Source: an uncultured virus (IMG/VR IMGVR_UViG_3300008255_000125) (taxonomy: Duplodnaviria > Heunggongvirae > Uroviricota > Caudoviricetes). Taken from it: a stretch of DNA of 64,000 nt. Each line of letters starts with the position of its first letter. The stretch's first letter is position 1. The translations under genes were made by a program, and so were the position numbers. The stretch is from the IMG/VR virus record IMGVR_UViG_3300008255_000125; one strand, written 5' to 3'. Below the pieces are notes generated by a model that saw only the letters and a list, made by a program, of their open reading frames with translations, ran no database searches and was not told where the DNA came from. Shown one piece after another: positions 41,279-49,052 of the stretch.

Positions 41279-41349
41279 TACGGGGTCGACTAAAGGTAGG
41301 TCATTGCTCTCTGAAAGCAAGAATTTTGGTTCGATTCCAAACCCCGTAG
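41279..41349 (+). tRNA. tRNA-Gln(CTG)
   Basis: TTGCT-CTCTGAA-AGCAA. Confidence 0.9.
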
Positions 41350-41353
41350 CATT

Positions 41354-41426
41354 GGGCTGATAGTTTAATGGATTAGAATAGCGATCTTCGAAATCGTTGA
41401 TGAAAGTTCGATTCTTTCTTGGCCCA
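41354..41426 (+). tRNA. tRNA-Arg(TCG)
   Basis: GCGAT-CTTCGAA-ATCGT. Confidence 0.88.
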
Positions 41427-41429
41427 CAA

Positions 41430-41447
41430 TGGTTTCACGTGAAACCA
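41430..41447. promoter_or_regulatory. parS-like palindrome
   Basis: TGGTTTCACGTGAAACCA; 14-bp core identical to the chromosomal parS consensus TGTTTCACGTGAAACA. Confidence 0.6.
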
Positions 41448-41452
41448 AATAT

Positions 41453-41523
41453 TCATCTGTAGTATAAAGGTATTACGTTCCCCTGTTAAGGGAATTATCT
41501 TGGTTCGATTCCAAGCGGATGAG
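41453..41523 (+). tRNA. tRNA-Asn(GTT)
   Basis: TTCCC-CTGTTAA-GGGAA. Confidence 0.9.
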
Positions 41524-41557
41524 CAAGGTTGACAGTTTACTGTCAACTGTAAACTAT

Positions 41558-41628
41558 GCGATATTAATTTAGTGGCAGAATGCTCCGTTGTCTGCGGAAG
41601 AGCGAGAGTTCGATTCTCTCATGTCGCG
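41558..41628 (+). tRNA. tRNA-Asp(GTC)
   Basis: TCCG-TTGTCTG-CGGA. Confidence 0.85.
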
Positions 41629-41631
41629 CAT

Positions 41632-41706
41632 GGAGATTTTAGTGTAGTGGTAACACACCCCTTTGTGAAAGGGTTATCAAGAGTTCGAATCTCTTATTTC
41701 TCCCCA
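41632..41706 (+). tRNA. tRNA-His(GTG)
   Basis: G-1, loop TTGTGAA, encoded CCA. Confidence 0.85.
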
Positions 41707-41775
41707 TTATATTTTTATATAATGATATAAGTCTTTAAACTTGCTTTTATTTAAAGTCTATGATACCATAGATTT

Positions 41776-42120
41776 ATGCCAATAAAAAACATAGAAAAAA
41801 GAAAGGAATATCAAAAAAAATATAATAAAAAACATTATGTTACTTATAAAAATAAAAGATTATTATTAACATATAAAAGAAGACAAGATACGAAAGAGTT
41901 TATAGATACATTAAAAAAAGATGGGTGTTGTATTTGTGGTGAAAGTGCAATTGAGTGTTTAGATTTTCACCATCTTGATCCATTAATAAAAGAAATATCT
42001 ATTTCAAAAACTATTACTCAAGGATGGAGTAATAAAAGAATTTTAGAAGAAATTAAAAAATGTATAATTGTATGTTCAAATTGCCATAGAAAGATAGAAG
42101 CTGGTACTTTGTCCTTATAG
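41776..42120 (+). CDS. HNH homing endonuclease-like protein
   Basis: CCICGE...LDFHH...KCIIVCSNCHR. Confidence 0.85.
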   Translation: MPIKNIEKRKEYQKKYNKKHYVTYKNKRLLLTYKRRQDTKEFIDTLKKDGCCICGESAIECLDFHHLDPLIKEISISKTITQGWSNKRILEEIKKCIIVCSNCHRKIEAGTLSL

Positions 42121-42182
42121 TATAAAAAGTAGTACACCTGGCTTTTAACCAGACAGACATCGTGCAATTCGATGTGAGGACA
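42111..42182 (+). tRNA. tRNA-Lys(TTT)
   Basis: Loop CTTTTAA; atypical T-loop TGCAATT. Confidence 0.8.
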
Positions 42183-42208
42183 CATTCTTTGATAGTAGAA
42201 TAGTTTAT

Positions 42209-42280
42209 TGCGGGTGGTCGGTAAAGTATCGAGTCTGCCTCATAAGCAGAAAAAAATGACAGCATTAGTCATACCCGCAA
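42209..42280 (+). tRNA. tRNA-Met(CAT)
   Basis: TCTGC-CTCATAA-GCAGA; atypical T-loop AGCATTA. Confidence 0.75.
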
Positions 42281-42339
42281 CATTGGAAGTGTATCTTCCC
42301 ATTTGTTACTGCTCAGATAATGTAAATCTCAGAGCTTCA

Positions 42340-42410
42340 GCCCCTTTAGTTCAGTGGCAGAACACGGGTTTTGTAAACCCGTTACGTCAGTTCGATTCTG
42401 ACTCGGGGCT
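42340..42410 (+). tRNA. tRNA-Thr(TGT)
   Basis: CGGGT-TTTGTAA-ACCCG. Confidence 0.85.
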
Positions 42411-42414
42411 CAGT

Positions 42415-42485
42415 GCTATGTTAGCCAAGTGGTAAGGCAGCTTCCTGCAAAGTTGCGATCGTATGTTCGATTCATACACATAGCT
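42415..42485 (+). tRNA. tRNA-Cys(GCA)
   Basis: Loop CTGCAAA, U73; weak anticodon stem. Confidence 0.8.
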
Positions 42486-42489
42486 CAAT

Positions 42490-42560
42490 GCTTTGTTAAC
42501 ATAAAAGTAATGTGTTAGCCTGAAAAACTAACTAACGTGGAGCATTACCACGACAAAGCA
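42490..42560 (+). tRNA. tRNA-Phe(GAA)
   Basis: Loop CTGAAAA; atypical T-loop AGCATTA. Confidence 0.78.
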
Positions 42561-42564
42561 CATT

Positions 42565-42639
42565 CCCTGTATGGCGCAATTGGTAGACGCAATGGATTTA
42601 AATCCCATACAAGTGCTGGTCCGACTCCAGCTACAGGGA
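42565..42639 (+). tRNA. tRNA-Leu(TAA)
   Basis: Leu-type D arm GGCGCAATTGGTAGACGC, loop TTTAAAA, short variable region. Confidence 0.8.
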
Positions 42640-42678
42640 CACGGGACGATACTCTGTTTTATCGCAGAGCCCGTACTA

Positions 42679-42753
42679 CGGTATATGGCGCAATTGGTAG
42701 ACGCATCCGTTTCAAAAGCGGAAAAAGTGCTAGTTCAAGTCTAGCTATACCGA
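42679..42753 (+). tRNA. tRNA-Leu(CAA)
   Basis: TCCGT-TTCAAAA-GCGGA. Confidence 0.85.
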
Positions 42754-42857
42754 CATTGGTGAAAGTCAGAAAGTCGGCTCGCTGCGGGGCTGTCAACCGT
42801 TAGGATGACAGTTACCATGATGGGAATAGGGAAACCTTGCCGTCCATCCACCAATAT

Positions 42858-42928
42858 AGGAGATTATTTTAATGGTAAAAAAGTGAGCTTATACCTCACC
42901 ATCAAAGGTTCGATTCCTTTATCTCCTA
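42858..42928 (+). tRNA. tRNA-Ile(TAT)
   Basis: GTGAG-CTTATAC-CTCAC. Confidence 0.85.
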
Positions 42929-42929
42929 C

Positions 42930-43000
42930 CCGCAATTAGTTTAAAAGTAGAACACTGAACTGATACTTCAGATACAGAGGAGCGTTACCTTTATTGCGGA
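42930..43000 (+). tRNA. tRNA-Ile(GAT)
   Basis: CTGAA-CTGATAC-TTCAG; atypical T-loop AGCGTTA. Confidence 0.8.
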
Positions 43001-43090
43001 CAACGGCTTGGCTGTTTATTGAGGAGTGATCACCTCAACCTGTGTCGACTTATTGGTAGCTCCTTTAAGCGAGACGAAGAACTTCCTTAA

Positions 43091-43161
43091 GGGCTTATAT
43101 TTTAATGGTAGAATACCTCATTTGCAATGAGGAGATGGGAGTCCGATTCTCCCTTGGTCCA
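43091..43161 (+). tRNA. tRNA-Ala(TGC)
   Basis: G3:U70, CCTCA-TTTGCAA-TGAGG. Confidence 0.88.
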
Positions 43162-43165
43162 CAAT

Positions 43166-43237
43166 GGCTCATTCGTCTAGCGGCTAGGACGGTTGTTTTT
43201 CAAGCAACGAAGCAGAGTTCGATTCTCTGATGGGTCA
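43166..43237 (+). tRNA. tRNA-Glu(TTC)
   Basis: GTTGT-TTTTCAA-GCAAC. Confidence 0.88.
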
Positions 43238-43241
43238 CAAT

Positions 43242-43313
43242 GGGTTGTTCGTTCAATGGATAGGACTCGACGGTTCTAACGTCAGAATAGGGGTTCAATT
43301 CCTCTACGACCCA
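43242..43313 (+). tRNA. tRNA-Arg(TCT)
   Basis: GACG-GTTCTAA-CGTC. Confidence 0.85.
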
Positions 43314-43426
43314 CAATGTACTTTGGATATAGAGAGTATATCAACAACTGTAATCAGGTAAGAAGAACCTGACCTTAATTTAAAAAATTCATCGTGGCAG
43401 AAGTGCCTTGCTTCAAGTACAGGTTT

Positions 43427-43498
43427 ACGAGATTAACTCATTGGTAGAGTGTCTGCTTTACACGCAGTTCGTAAGAGGTCCGATTCCTCTATCTCGTA
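43427..43498 (+). tRNA. tRNA-Val(TAC)
   Basis: CTGC-TTTACAC-GCAG. Confidence 0.88.
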
Positions 43499-43502
43499 CA
43501 AG

Positions 43503-43573
43503 GTCTTTGTAATTCAATGGTAGAATACCTAGCTCTTACCTAGGCAATCATGGTCCGAGTCCATGCGGAGACA
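43503..43573 (+). tRNA. tRNA-Lys(CTT)
   Basis: CCTAG-CTCTTAC-CTAGG. Confidence 0.88.
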
Positions 43574-43607
43574 CAAGTAAGTATTAATAATATAAATTAA
43601 TAATATA

Positions 43608-43712
43608 ATGAGGAAAACACCAGAAGAAAAAGATAATATAAAAATGCTAATAGTCCTTTTTTGGCCATTCTGGGTTCCTGCACTTTTATTATTATTATGG
43701 ATATTTATTTAA
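43608..43712 (+). CDS. 34-aa single-TM peptide inside the tRNA array
   Basis: MRKTPEEKDNIKMLIVLFWPFWVPALLLLLWIFI*, with an AT-rich leader like other genes. Confidence 0.5.
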   Translation: MRKTPEEKDNIKMLIVLFWPFWVPALLLLLWIFI

Positions 43713-43715
43713 AAT

Positions 43716-43786
43716 GCGTGATAAATGTTACGGTAGCATGGCTCACTTCCAATGAGTTCGAATGAGTTCAATTCTCATATTACGCA
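43716..43786 (+). tRNA. tRNA-Gly(TCC)
   Basis: GCTCA-CTTCCAA-TGAGT. Confidence 0.85.
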
Positions 43787-43790
43787 CAAT

Positions 43791-43864
43791 GACCTTGTCG
43801 TCTAGTCGGACCAGGACACTTGCTTCTCAAGTAAGGAACCCCAGATCATAGCTGGGTGAGGTCA
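43791..43864 (+). tRNA. tRNA-Glu(CTC)
   Basis: CTTGC-TTCTCAA-GTAAG; atypical T-loop ATCATAG. Confidence 0.78.
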
Positions 43865-43868
43865 CAAT

Positions 43869-43951
43869 GGTAGGTTAAGCAACAAGGCGTTGTACCTCTT
43901 TGCTAAAGAGAGTGGACTGAAAGGTCTATGTTTCGAATACATAGCCTACCT
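43869..43951 (+). tRNA. tRNA-Ser(GCT)
   Basis: Loop TTGCTAA, long variable arm. Confidence 0.8.
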
Positions 43952-44008
43952 CATTGGTGGTATAGCTTTATTTGTCCAACACTTAAAGTCAACGTTGCCA
44001 CCAAACTA

Positions 44009-44098
44009 GGAAGGTTGCCAGAGTTTGGTTTATCGGGCTCGTCCTGAAAACGAGTAGGTGTAAAAGCCACGTGAGTTCGAATCTCACACCTTCCTCCA
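44009..44098 (+). tRNA. tRNA-Ser(TGA)
   Basis: CTCGT-CCTGAAA-ACGAG, long variable arm, encoded CCA. Confidence 0.9.
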
Positions 44099-44099
44099 T

Positions 44100-44173
44100 A
44101 GGGCTATGACGCAATTGGTAGACGTGTGGAGCTTAGACCTCCATTGTTACGAGTTCGAGTCTCGTTAGCCCTA
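44100..44173 (+). tRNA. tRNA-Leu(TAG)
   Basis: TGGAG-CTTAGAC-CTCCA. Confidence 0.88.
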
Positions 44174-44204
44174 CATTATCTTTCTAAGTAAAGATACGGT
44201 ATAA

Positions 44205-44233
44205 GAAAAGGCATTCGAAAGAATGCCTTTTTC
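44205..44233. terminator. bidirectional intrinsic terminator ending the tRNA array
   Basis: AAAAGGCATTC-GAAA-GAATGCCTTTTT between convergent units. Confidence 0.85.
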
Positions 44234-44244
44234 GTTGCATATTT

Positions 44245-44595
44245 TTAACCTGCAAGAGGAAGTCCTAACTCTCTAGTATAAGATTCCAGCTGTGGGTAAA
44301 TAATAAGCATTTCTTTCCCTTTAACCTTGCAAAACTTGTACCATTTTGAAAGGCATTGGAATAAGCTCCATACATGTTTGCCGTTCCCCATAGGAAACAT
44401 AACATTAAAATCGTTGTGGCATTCGCGACATACTGGAACTTTGGGTCCCTGTCCGCGATACCAGTACTTTGGAAATACATGATGACCTGTTTCTTCCAGG
44501 TGCTCATTGTATTTTCTCCCGCAAATTGGACAACGTCCATGATAACTAATTTTTCTTGCCATTTTATTTAGCTTTAGGTTTAGTAACTTGTCCAC
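44245..44595 (-). CDS. HNH-like zinc-binding protein
   Basis: CPICG...HHVFP...CRECH. Confidence 0.6.
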   Translation of the reverse strand: MDKLLNLKLNKMARKISYHGRCPICGRKYNEHLEETGHHVFPKYWYRGQGPKVPVCRECHNDFNVMFPMGNGKHVWSLFQCLSKWYKFCKVKGKEMLIIYPQLESYTRELGLPLAG

Positions 44596-44670
44596 TTAAC
44601 CACCAAAAGAATGATAGCGAGCAGACGACAAATGCGATTGCAACATAAATTACTGTCATAATGATAGTTT

Positions 44671-45054
44671 TTAAATTTCAAATCCTGTATCTTTAAAAAA
44701 CTCTAATGCGTCCCAATTCCTTTCGGATGTGACGATAACAGTGCTCCATTGGTCTTCTACCATAAACATCTTATGAAGATTACCAACGTCTTTAGTCAAT
44801 GTTCCACATCCAGCCATACAACATAACTTTTGATAATACACTTTGTGGTAAACCGTATTATAGCCAGTAATTGTATAGAGGTGAGGCACAAATCCAGCCC
44901 TCCCCATTCTAGAAGCTTTCATGATCTTCATCGTACCATGAGAACTACCTTGAACGAGGAATTCTTGTCCTGTTTTAGGCCTATGCTCCTTGGCACAGTT
45001 TTCACAATAACCTAAGCGCGTAATTGTTTTCATATAGCAATATGTAAGGAACAT
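44671..45054 (-). CDS. hypothetical Cys-containing protein
   Basis: CENC and CCMAGC motifs. Confidence 0.5.
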   Translation of the reverse strand: MFLTYCYMKTITRLGYCENCAKEHRPKTGQEFLVQGSSHGTMKIMKASRMGRAGFVPHLYTITGYNTVYHKVYYQKLCCMAGCGTLTKDVGNLHKMFMVEDQWSTVIVTSERNWDALEFFKDTGFEI

Positions 45055-45684
45055 GATTACTTAATAACATTATATACTAGTACGACGTCTCGTCAAATTT
45101 CGCCTTTCGAATTGGTTGGGCTCCCTCAACATTAGTAACGCGTCCTTATATTATAAGGGTTTTTTCGTAGTGCGCCCTTTCGGATTTAGACGTTTTCTAC
45201 AAAAATTTTGGAGAATTTTGTACGACCCTTGATTTATAAGGCCCATTTCAAACGAGACAGGTGGGTTCGGATATTGAGAATGGCGAATCTTTTGCAAAAA
45301 CGTAGGTGGGTTCATTTCCCTAGTGCCACTGATTTTTTACAGTACCTAAATCGACCACCCCCCATACCGTATTACTCACAACTAGATGTGTGTAGTTTAT
45401 AATAAATAATGTACTACACGTATGCATACACATGCCTCTACAGGGCTCTATACGCTCTCTGGGGAAGTGTTAGTGTTACGTGTGGTGTATTGTATCGCTT
45501 TACGTGGTTACGTTACGTGTAGCGTATTTAAAACTATGTGTATGTAGGGGAAGGTACAGGTCGAATAGCGCGATACGCGTTACTTATCTTTCGTTACGAG
45601 AAACACGGGTGGAGGTGGGTTTAGAGCCACATTCGGAGTTATCCGAACATTCTGTGTTTCCTACAAGTTTCTCTTTAATAGAGA

Positions 45685-46277
45685 TTGAGCGTTCATACCA
45701 TCGTAAATAAGGTAGACAATCATTAGTCATTGGTCAGTCGTCATTAATCATTAATCAATAATCAATTATATATTATGGATAATTTAAATAACAAGGTGGA
45801 GTTTACAGCTAAATTAGAAGAGAAAGGTGCTTATACTAAGATTCGTCTTACTAGAGAACTTTTCACCCTTATCAATCAAAGTGTTTACGCTAGAAAGAAT
45901 AAGGTAACACCAACTCTTATGTCAGTTACTCGTCAGAATGCTAAAGGAGCATATTTCGATGTATTTACTATTAGAGGTGTTGAAATCTTGCGCCACGCAA
46001 AGAAGGTGCTAGACGATACTACAGGTGAAGAAAGAACTATTAGCGAGTTCTACATCAGTACATCTGATATTAAACCAGAAATGGAAGTAGTTGAACCTAC
46101 AACGGACTTAGACGTTGATTTGTTCACAGATGAAGAAGTAGCATAGTCAAACAGGTTGTGCTAAATAATATTACGCACCTTTAAGGTGACTTGAGCGTTT
46201 ATCAGTATCGTAAAATAACTGATTGGCAAAATTTGCACCTTAATGGTGACTTAAGCGTTCTGTAACATCGTAAATAA
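45685..46277 (+). repeat. three dispersed copies of TTRAGCGTT-N6-7-ATCGTAAA(A)TAA
   Basis: Copies at 45685, 46191 and 46251; the last two are also preceded by a GCACCTT-N-GGTGAC hairpin. Confidence 0.7.
45775..46146 (+). CDS. hypothetical protein, first gene of the plus-strand region
   Basis: 123 aa, acidic C-terminus. Confidence 0.7.
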   Translation: MDNLNNKVEFTAKLEEKGAYTKIRLTRELFTLINQSVYARKNKVTPTLMSVTRQNAKGAYFDVFTIRGVEILRHAKKVLDDTTGEERTISEFYISTSDIKPEMEVVEPTTDLDVDLFTDEEVA

Positions 46278-46290
46278 GTTACACTCTTGC

Positions 46291-47066
46291 TAAACAGGCT
46301 GGAGATGAGGTTAATAATATAATAAGAATAATTAGATACACCAATTGAGATGTCTTGCGAGACGCCATTATGGAAACATTCTATTATCATAATATACTAG
46401 CAGAAGCAAAAGAGAAATATTGGGAAATATCTCGCCCCCTAGTTAAAGTCTTATAATAAAAAGTTATTAATCTCGCCTCCAGCTTATTTAGTATCAATAG
46501 GTTAGAACTGGCACACGGAGAAAATGAAAAACATTGAGATGCAGTGATTCATCAGACAACTTCTTTTAGTATATATAATTAATCGCTTATATATATTATC
46601 TCATGTGCCGTTTCTAGTCTATTGAGTAAGTAAATTGAAATAAGGAAAGAAGGCTATATCGTGTTTATGTTATGAAGACGTTATAGTTATGCAAAGAGAA
46701 GAACTGATTGTATATACAGTTCTAAAATACATTCTCTCATAACATAAAAAGCATTTATTTCTTTCCTTTTTTCAGTTTACTTATTAGAGAAACGTTGTAG
46801 AATCTTATGTAGATACTGCTATGTGGATTAATGGATTATAAAGCTACGTTATTTCTGGTTATCCTATTATTATTTTAGTCATTGTTCTTTGGTTCTTTAC
46901 GGTAGTGAGAATATTTAATATCATCACTTTTACCCTAGAGAAAACAATTACTATCGATATAAATAATAAAGATATACTCGAGTTCCAGTAAATTATAATC
47001 AACGGTATTTCGCTAATATACATTAGGGAGAAATCACTCAATTAGTCCACGTTGTAGTATCTATAT
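46291..47066 (+). ncRNA. four back-to-back stem-enclosed structured elements
   Basis: Long G:U-containing closing helices 46291/46490, 46494/46625, 46625/46785, 46806/47066; no convincing ORFs. Confidence 0.55.
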
Positions 47067-47339
47067 AATATTATTAGCTTAACCTTAAATAAAATCATGG
47101 ACGAAGACGAAGATGATTTCTGTGCTATGTGTGGTAGTCGATGGGAAACATGCGAATGTTTTAATATCTCACCAGAAGATGAACCATCAAAATTATAATT
47201 AACCCAATAATCAAAAGAATATTATGCCCGACAATTTAAAATCAGAAGAAAGTTTCACAAAAGCTGTAGTTGCTTATAAGAACACCATTAAGAAAGAGCG
47301 ATATCAGCCATTATCAAGTTTACTAAATAAATTAAATCT

Positions 47340-47555
47340 ATGTTTATCCAATTCTACACAATGTCAGGAGTCAGCATAGCAGCTGTTAAAATAACCATTA
47401 AGAACTCCATAGGCATATTTGTTATAACAGGCAAAGATAAAGCAGAAGTGCTTAGTAAAGCTTTCGGAGAACTAGAAAATAAGATAAATCTAGTTAAAGA
47501 AGCTCCAAAGGAAATAGAACGAAAACAATTAATTTTAAGTCCTTACTTCGCATAA
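47340..47555 (+). CDS. hypothetical protein
   Basis: ORF track. Confidence 0.55.
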   Translation: MFIQFYTMSGVSIAAVKITIKNSIGIFVITGKDKAEVLSKAFGELENKINLVKEAPKEIERKQLILSPYFA

Positions 47556-47563
47556 TTAAATAC

Positions 47564-47600
47564 TAAAGACAGAATTACTTACGTAATTCTGTCTTTCTTT
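47564..47600 (+). terminator. intrinsic terminator
   Basis: AAAGACAGAATTAC-ttac-GTAATTCTGTCTTT followed by CTTT. Confidence 0.7.
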
Positions 47601-47656
47601 GTGTTGAATTGAACGTGGGGTCAAGGCCCCGTTATTATTAACTTAAAATAAATACA

Positions 47657-47866
47657 ATGAATTACATAATATCAAAATTTAGTGCTTATACACTCATCAT
47701 TATCTCAATCGTTATACCATTGTTTCTTGGTATAGGCTGGGTTAACAATTTAATAAAGTTCACAAGGTTAGACTTTCAAGCTCCTTACAAAGCAGAAATG
47801 ATTAGAGGAATTGGACTGACTCCTATCGGAAGTATTATAGGCTGGATTAATATAAAAGATAATTAA
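47657..47866 (+). CDS. small membrane protein
   Basis: Hydrophobic segments; GWVNNL...IRGIG...GW phage family pattern. Confidence 0.6.
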   Translation: MNYIISKFSAYTLIIISIVIPLFLGIGWVNNLIKFTRLDFQAPYKAEMIRGIGLTPIGSIIGWINIKDN

Positions 47867-47867
47867 T

Positions 47868-48356
47868 ATGAGACTGAATATTATAGCTTGGGATATAAGC
47901 AAAGAAACACCTGAACTTATATCAGATTACTGGCAACCATCAACAATGATTGAAGAATGTATTGAAGATTTAATCAAACACAGCAAAGAATCTCCTTTAA
48001 TGCGTGCAATAATCATAGACTGGGCAACAAGAGAAGTTATAGCTGAACTAAAAGGGGAGAAAATATTAAGATATCCATTGAATCAAGAAGTTTGTATATG
48101 TGCAGCAATCCAAATGGAAGACGGCACAATATTTAGAGGACATAGGCACGCAGATGCAATGAAAACAGCTTATGAGACTGATAAATATAAGAATCTAAAG
48201 ACATTTAAAGGCACACAAGGATTTATCACGTCGAAGAATAGATACGTGGGCCGAACAGAAGGAGCTGAACTGCAAAAAGCAGCTGGCATTGAATCTATAA
48301 TGCCAAAAGGTCAAGAGTTCCTAGGAAAAGAATTATATAGTGAAGACTTATATTAA
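47868..48356 (+). CDS. conserved phage hypothetical protein
   Basis: ICAAI...GHRH...QGFITSKNRYV...LYSEDLY. Confidence 0.7.
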   Translation: MRLNIIAWDISKETPELISDYWQPSTMIEECIEDLIKHSKESPLMRAIIIDWATREVIAELKGEKILRYPLNQEVCICAAIQMEDGTIFRGHRHADAMKTAYETDKYKNLKTFKGTQGFITSKNRYVGRTEGAELQKAAGIESIMPKGQEFLGKELYSEDLY

Positions 48357-48365
48357 CAATTAATC

Positions 48366-48569
48366 ATGGTGTAGTTAATTAGGGAGTATGGCGGAATAAG
48401 ACGCTATTTAATCGGGAAACTGATTATTGATGATGAGATATTGGATGTGAAGCAACTTAACTTGCCCTTAAATGGGACGGTGGACAATCCTAGGAGCCTT
48501 AACGCTTACCGAACAGACCAATATCATGTAAGATGAAATTTCTTACTACTCTCTAATTAACTACATCAT
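48366..48569 (+). ncRNA. tRNA-like element with greatly expanded anticodon domain
   Basis: Acceptor GGGAGTA/TACTCTC extended to 23 bp, D-like TGGCGGAATAAGACGC, T-like GTAAGA-TGAAATT-TCTTAC. Confidence 0.6.
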
Positions 48570-48577
48570 AAATATAC

Positions 48578-48910
48578 ATGGAATACCCCAAGCTAACAAG
48601 AGCACAAAAGAATAATTGTAAGCTATCTGAAGAACAAATAAAAGAAATACAAGAGTTACACCAACAAGGTATGTCAATGAGAGCAATAGCTAAACAATTT
48701 AAAATAAGTAAAACAACAGTGAAATATTGGGTAGATGAAGAATTTAAAAAGAAAGATAAACTAAAAGCTACAAAACGAACAGCTGAAAAAAGAAAAACAA
48801 TAGAAGGAAAAATAAAAGAAAATGAAAGAAGAGCTATATCTATAAAAATAGCTAGAAAAAATATAAAAGAATTACAAGAATACCATGCAGAAGAAAAAAT
48901 AAACAATTAA
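48578..48910 (+). CDS. HTH DNA-binding protein
   Basis: GMSMRAIAKQFKISKTTVKYW. Confidence 0.8.
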   Translation: MEYPKLTRAQKNNCKLSEEQIKEIQELHQQGMSMRAIAKQFKISKTTVKYWVDEEFKKKDKLKATKRTAEKRKTIEGKIKENERRAISIKIARKNIKELQEYHAEEKINN

Positions 48911-48919
48911 TAATTAACC

Positions 48920-49050
48920 ATGATGTGCTTTGAAGGGGGCGAATTGAAGGAACGCTGGTAATAATCAATAACAGCAGAACTAATCTATTCTTTGTCGACA
49001 TAGATTGTATTCTTTTGAACTCCATTCAATCCTCCTTTTAAGCACATCAT
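48920..49050 (+). ncRNA. long hairpin element
   Basis: ATGATGTGCTT/AAGCACATCAT closing stem continuing into an interrupted helix. Confidence 0.45.
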
Positions 49051-49052
49051 AA

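Noticed and set aside
41528..41556. Overlapping inverted repeats GTTGACAGT-TT-ACTGTCAAC as an operator
   Set aside because: Single occurrence, equally explained as a spacer hairpin.
42641..42674. H-type pseudoknot CGATA/TATCG with CTCTG/CAGAG
   Set aside because: The connecting loops would be zero length, so the two pairings are probably alternatives rather than simultaneous.
42053..42803. ORFs 42053-42265, 42208-42435 and 42537-42803
   Set aside because: They overlap clear tRNA genes.
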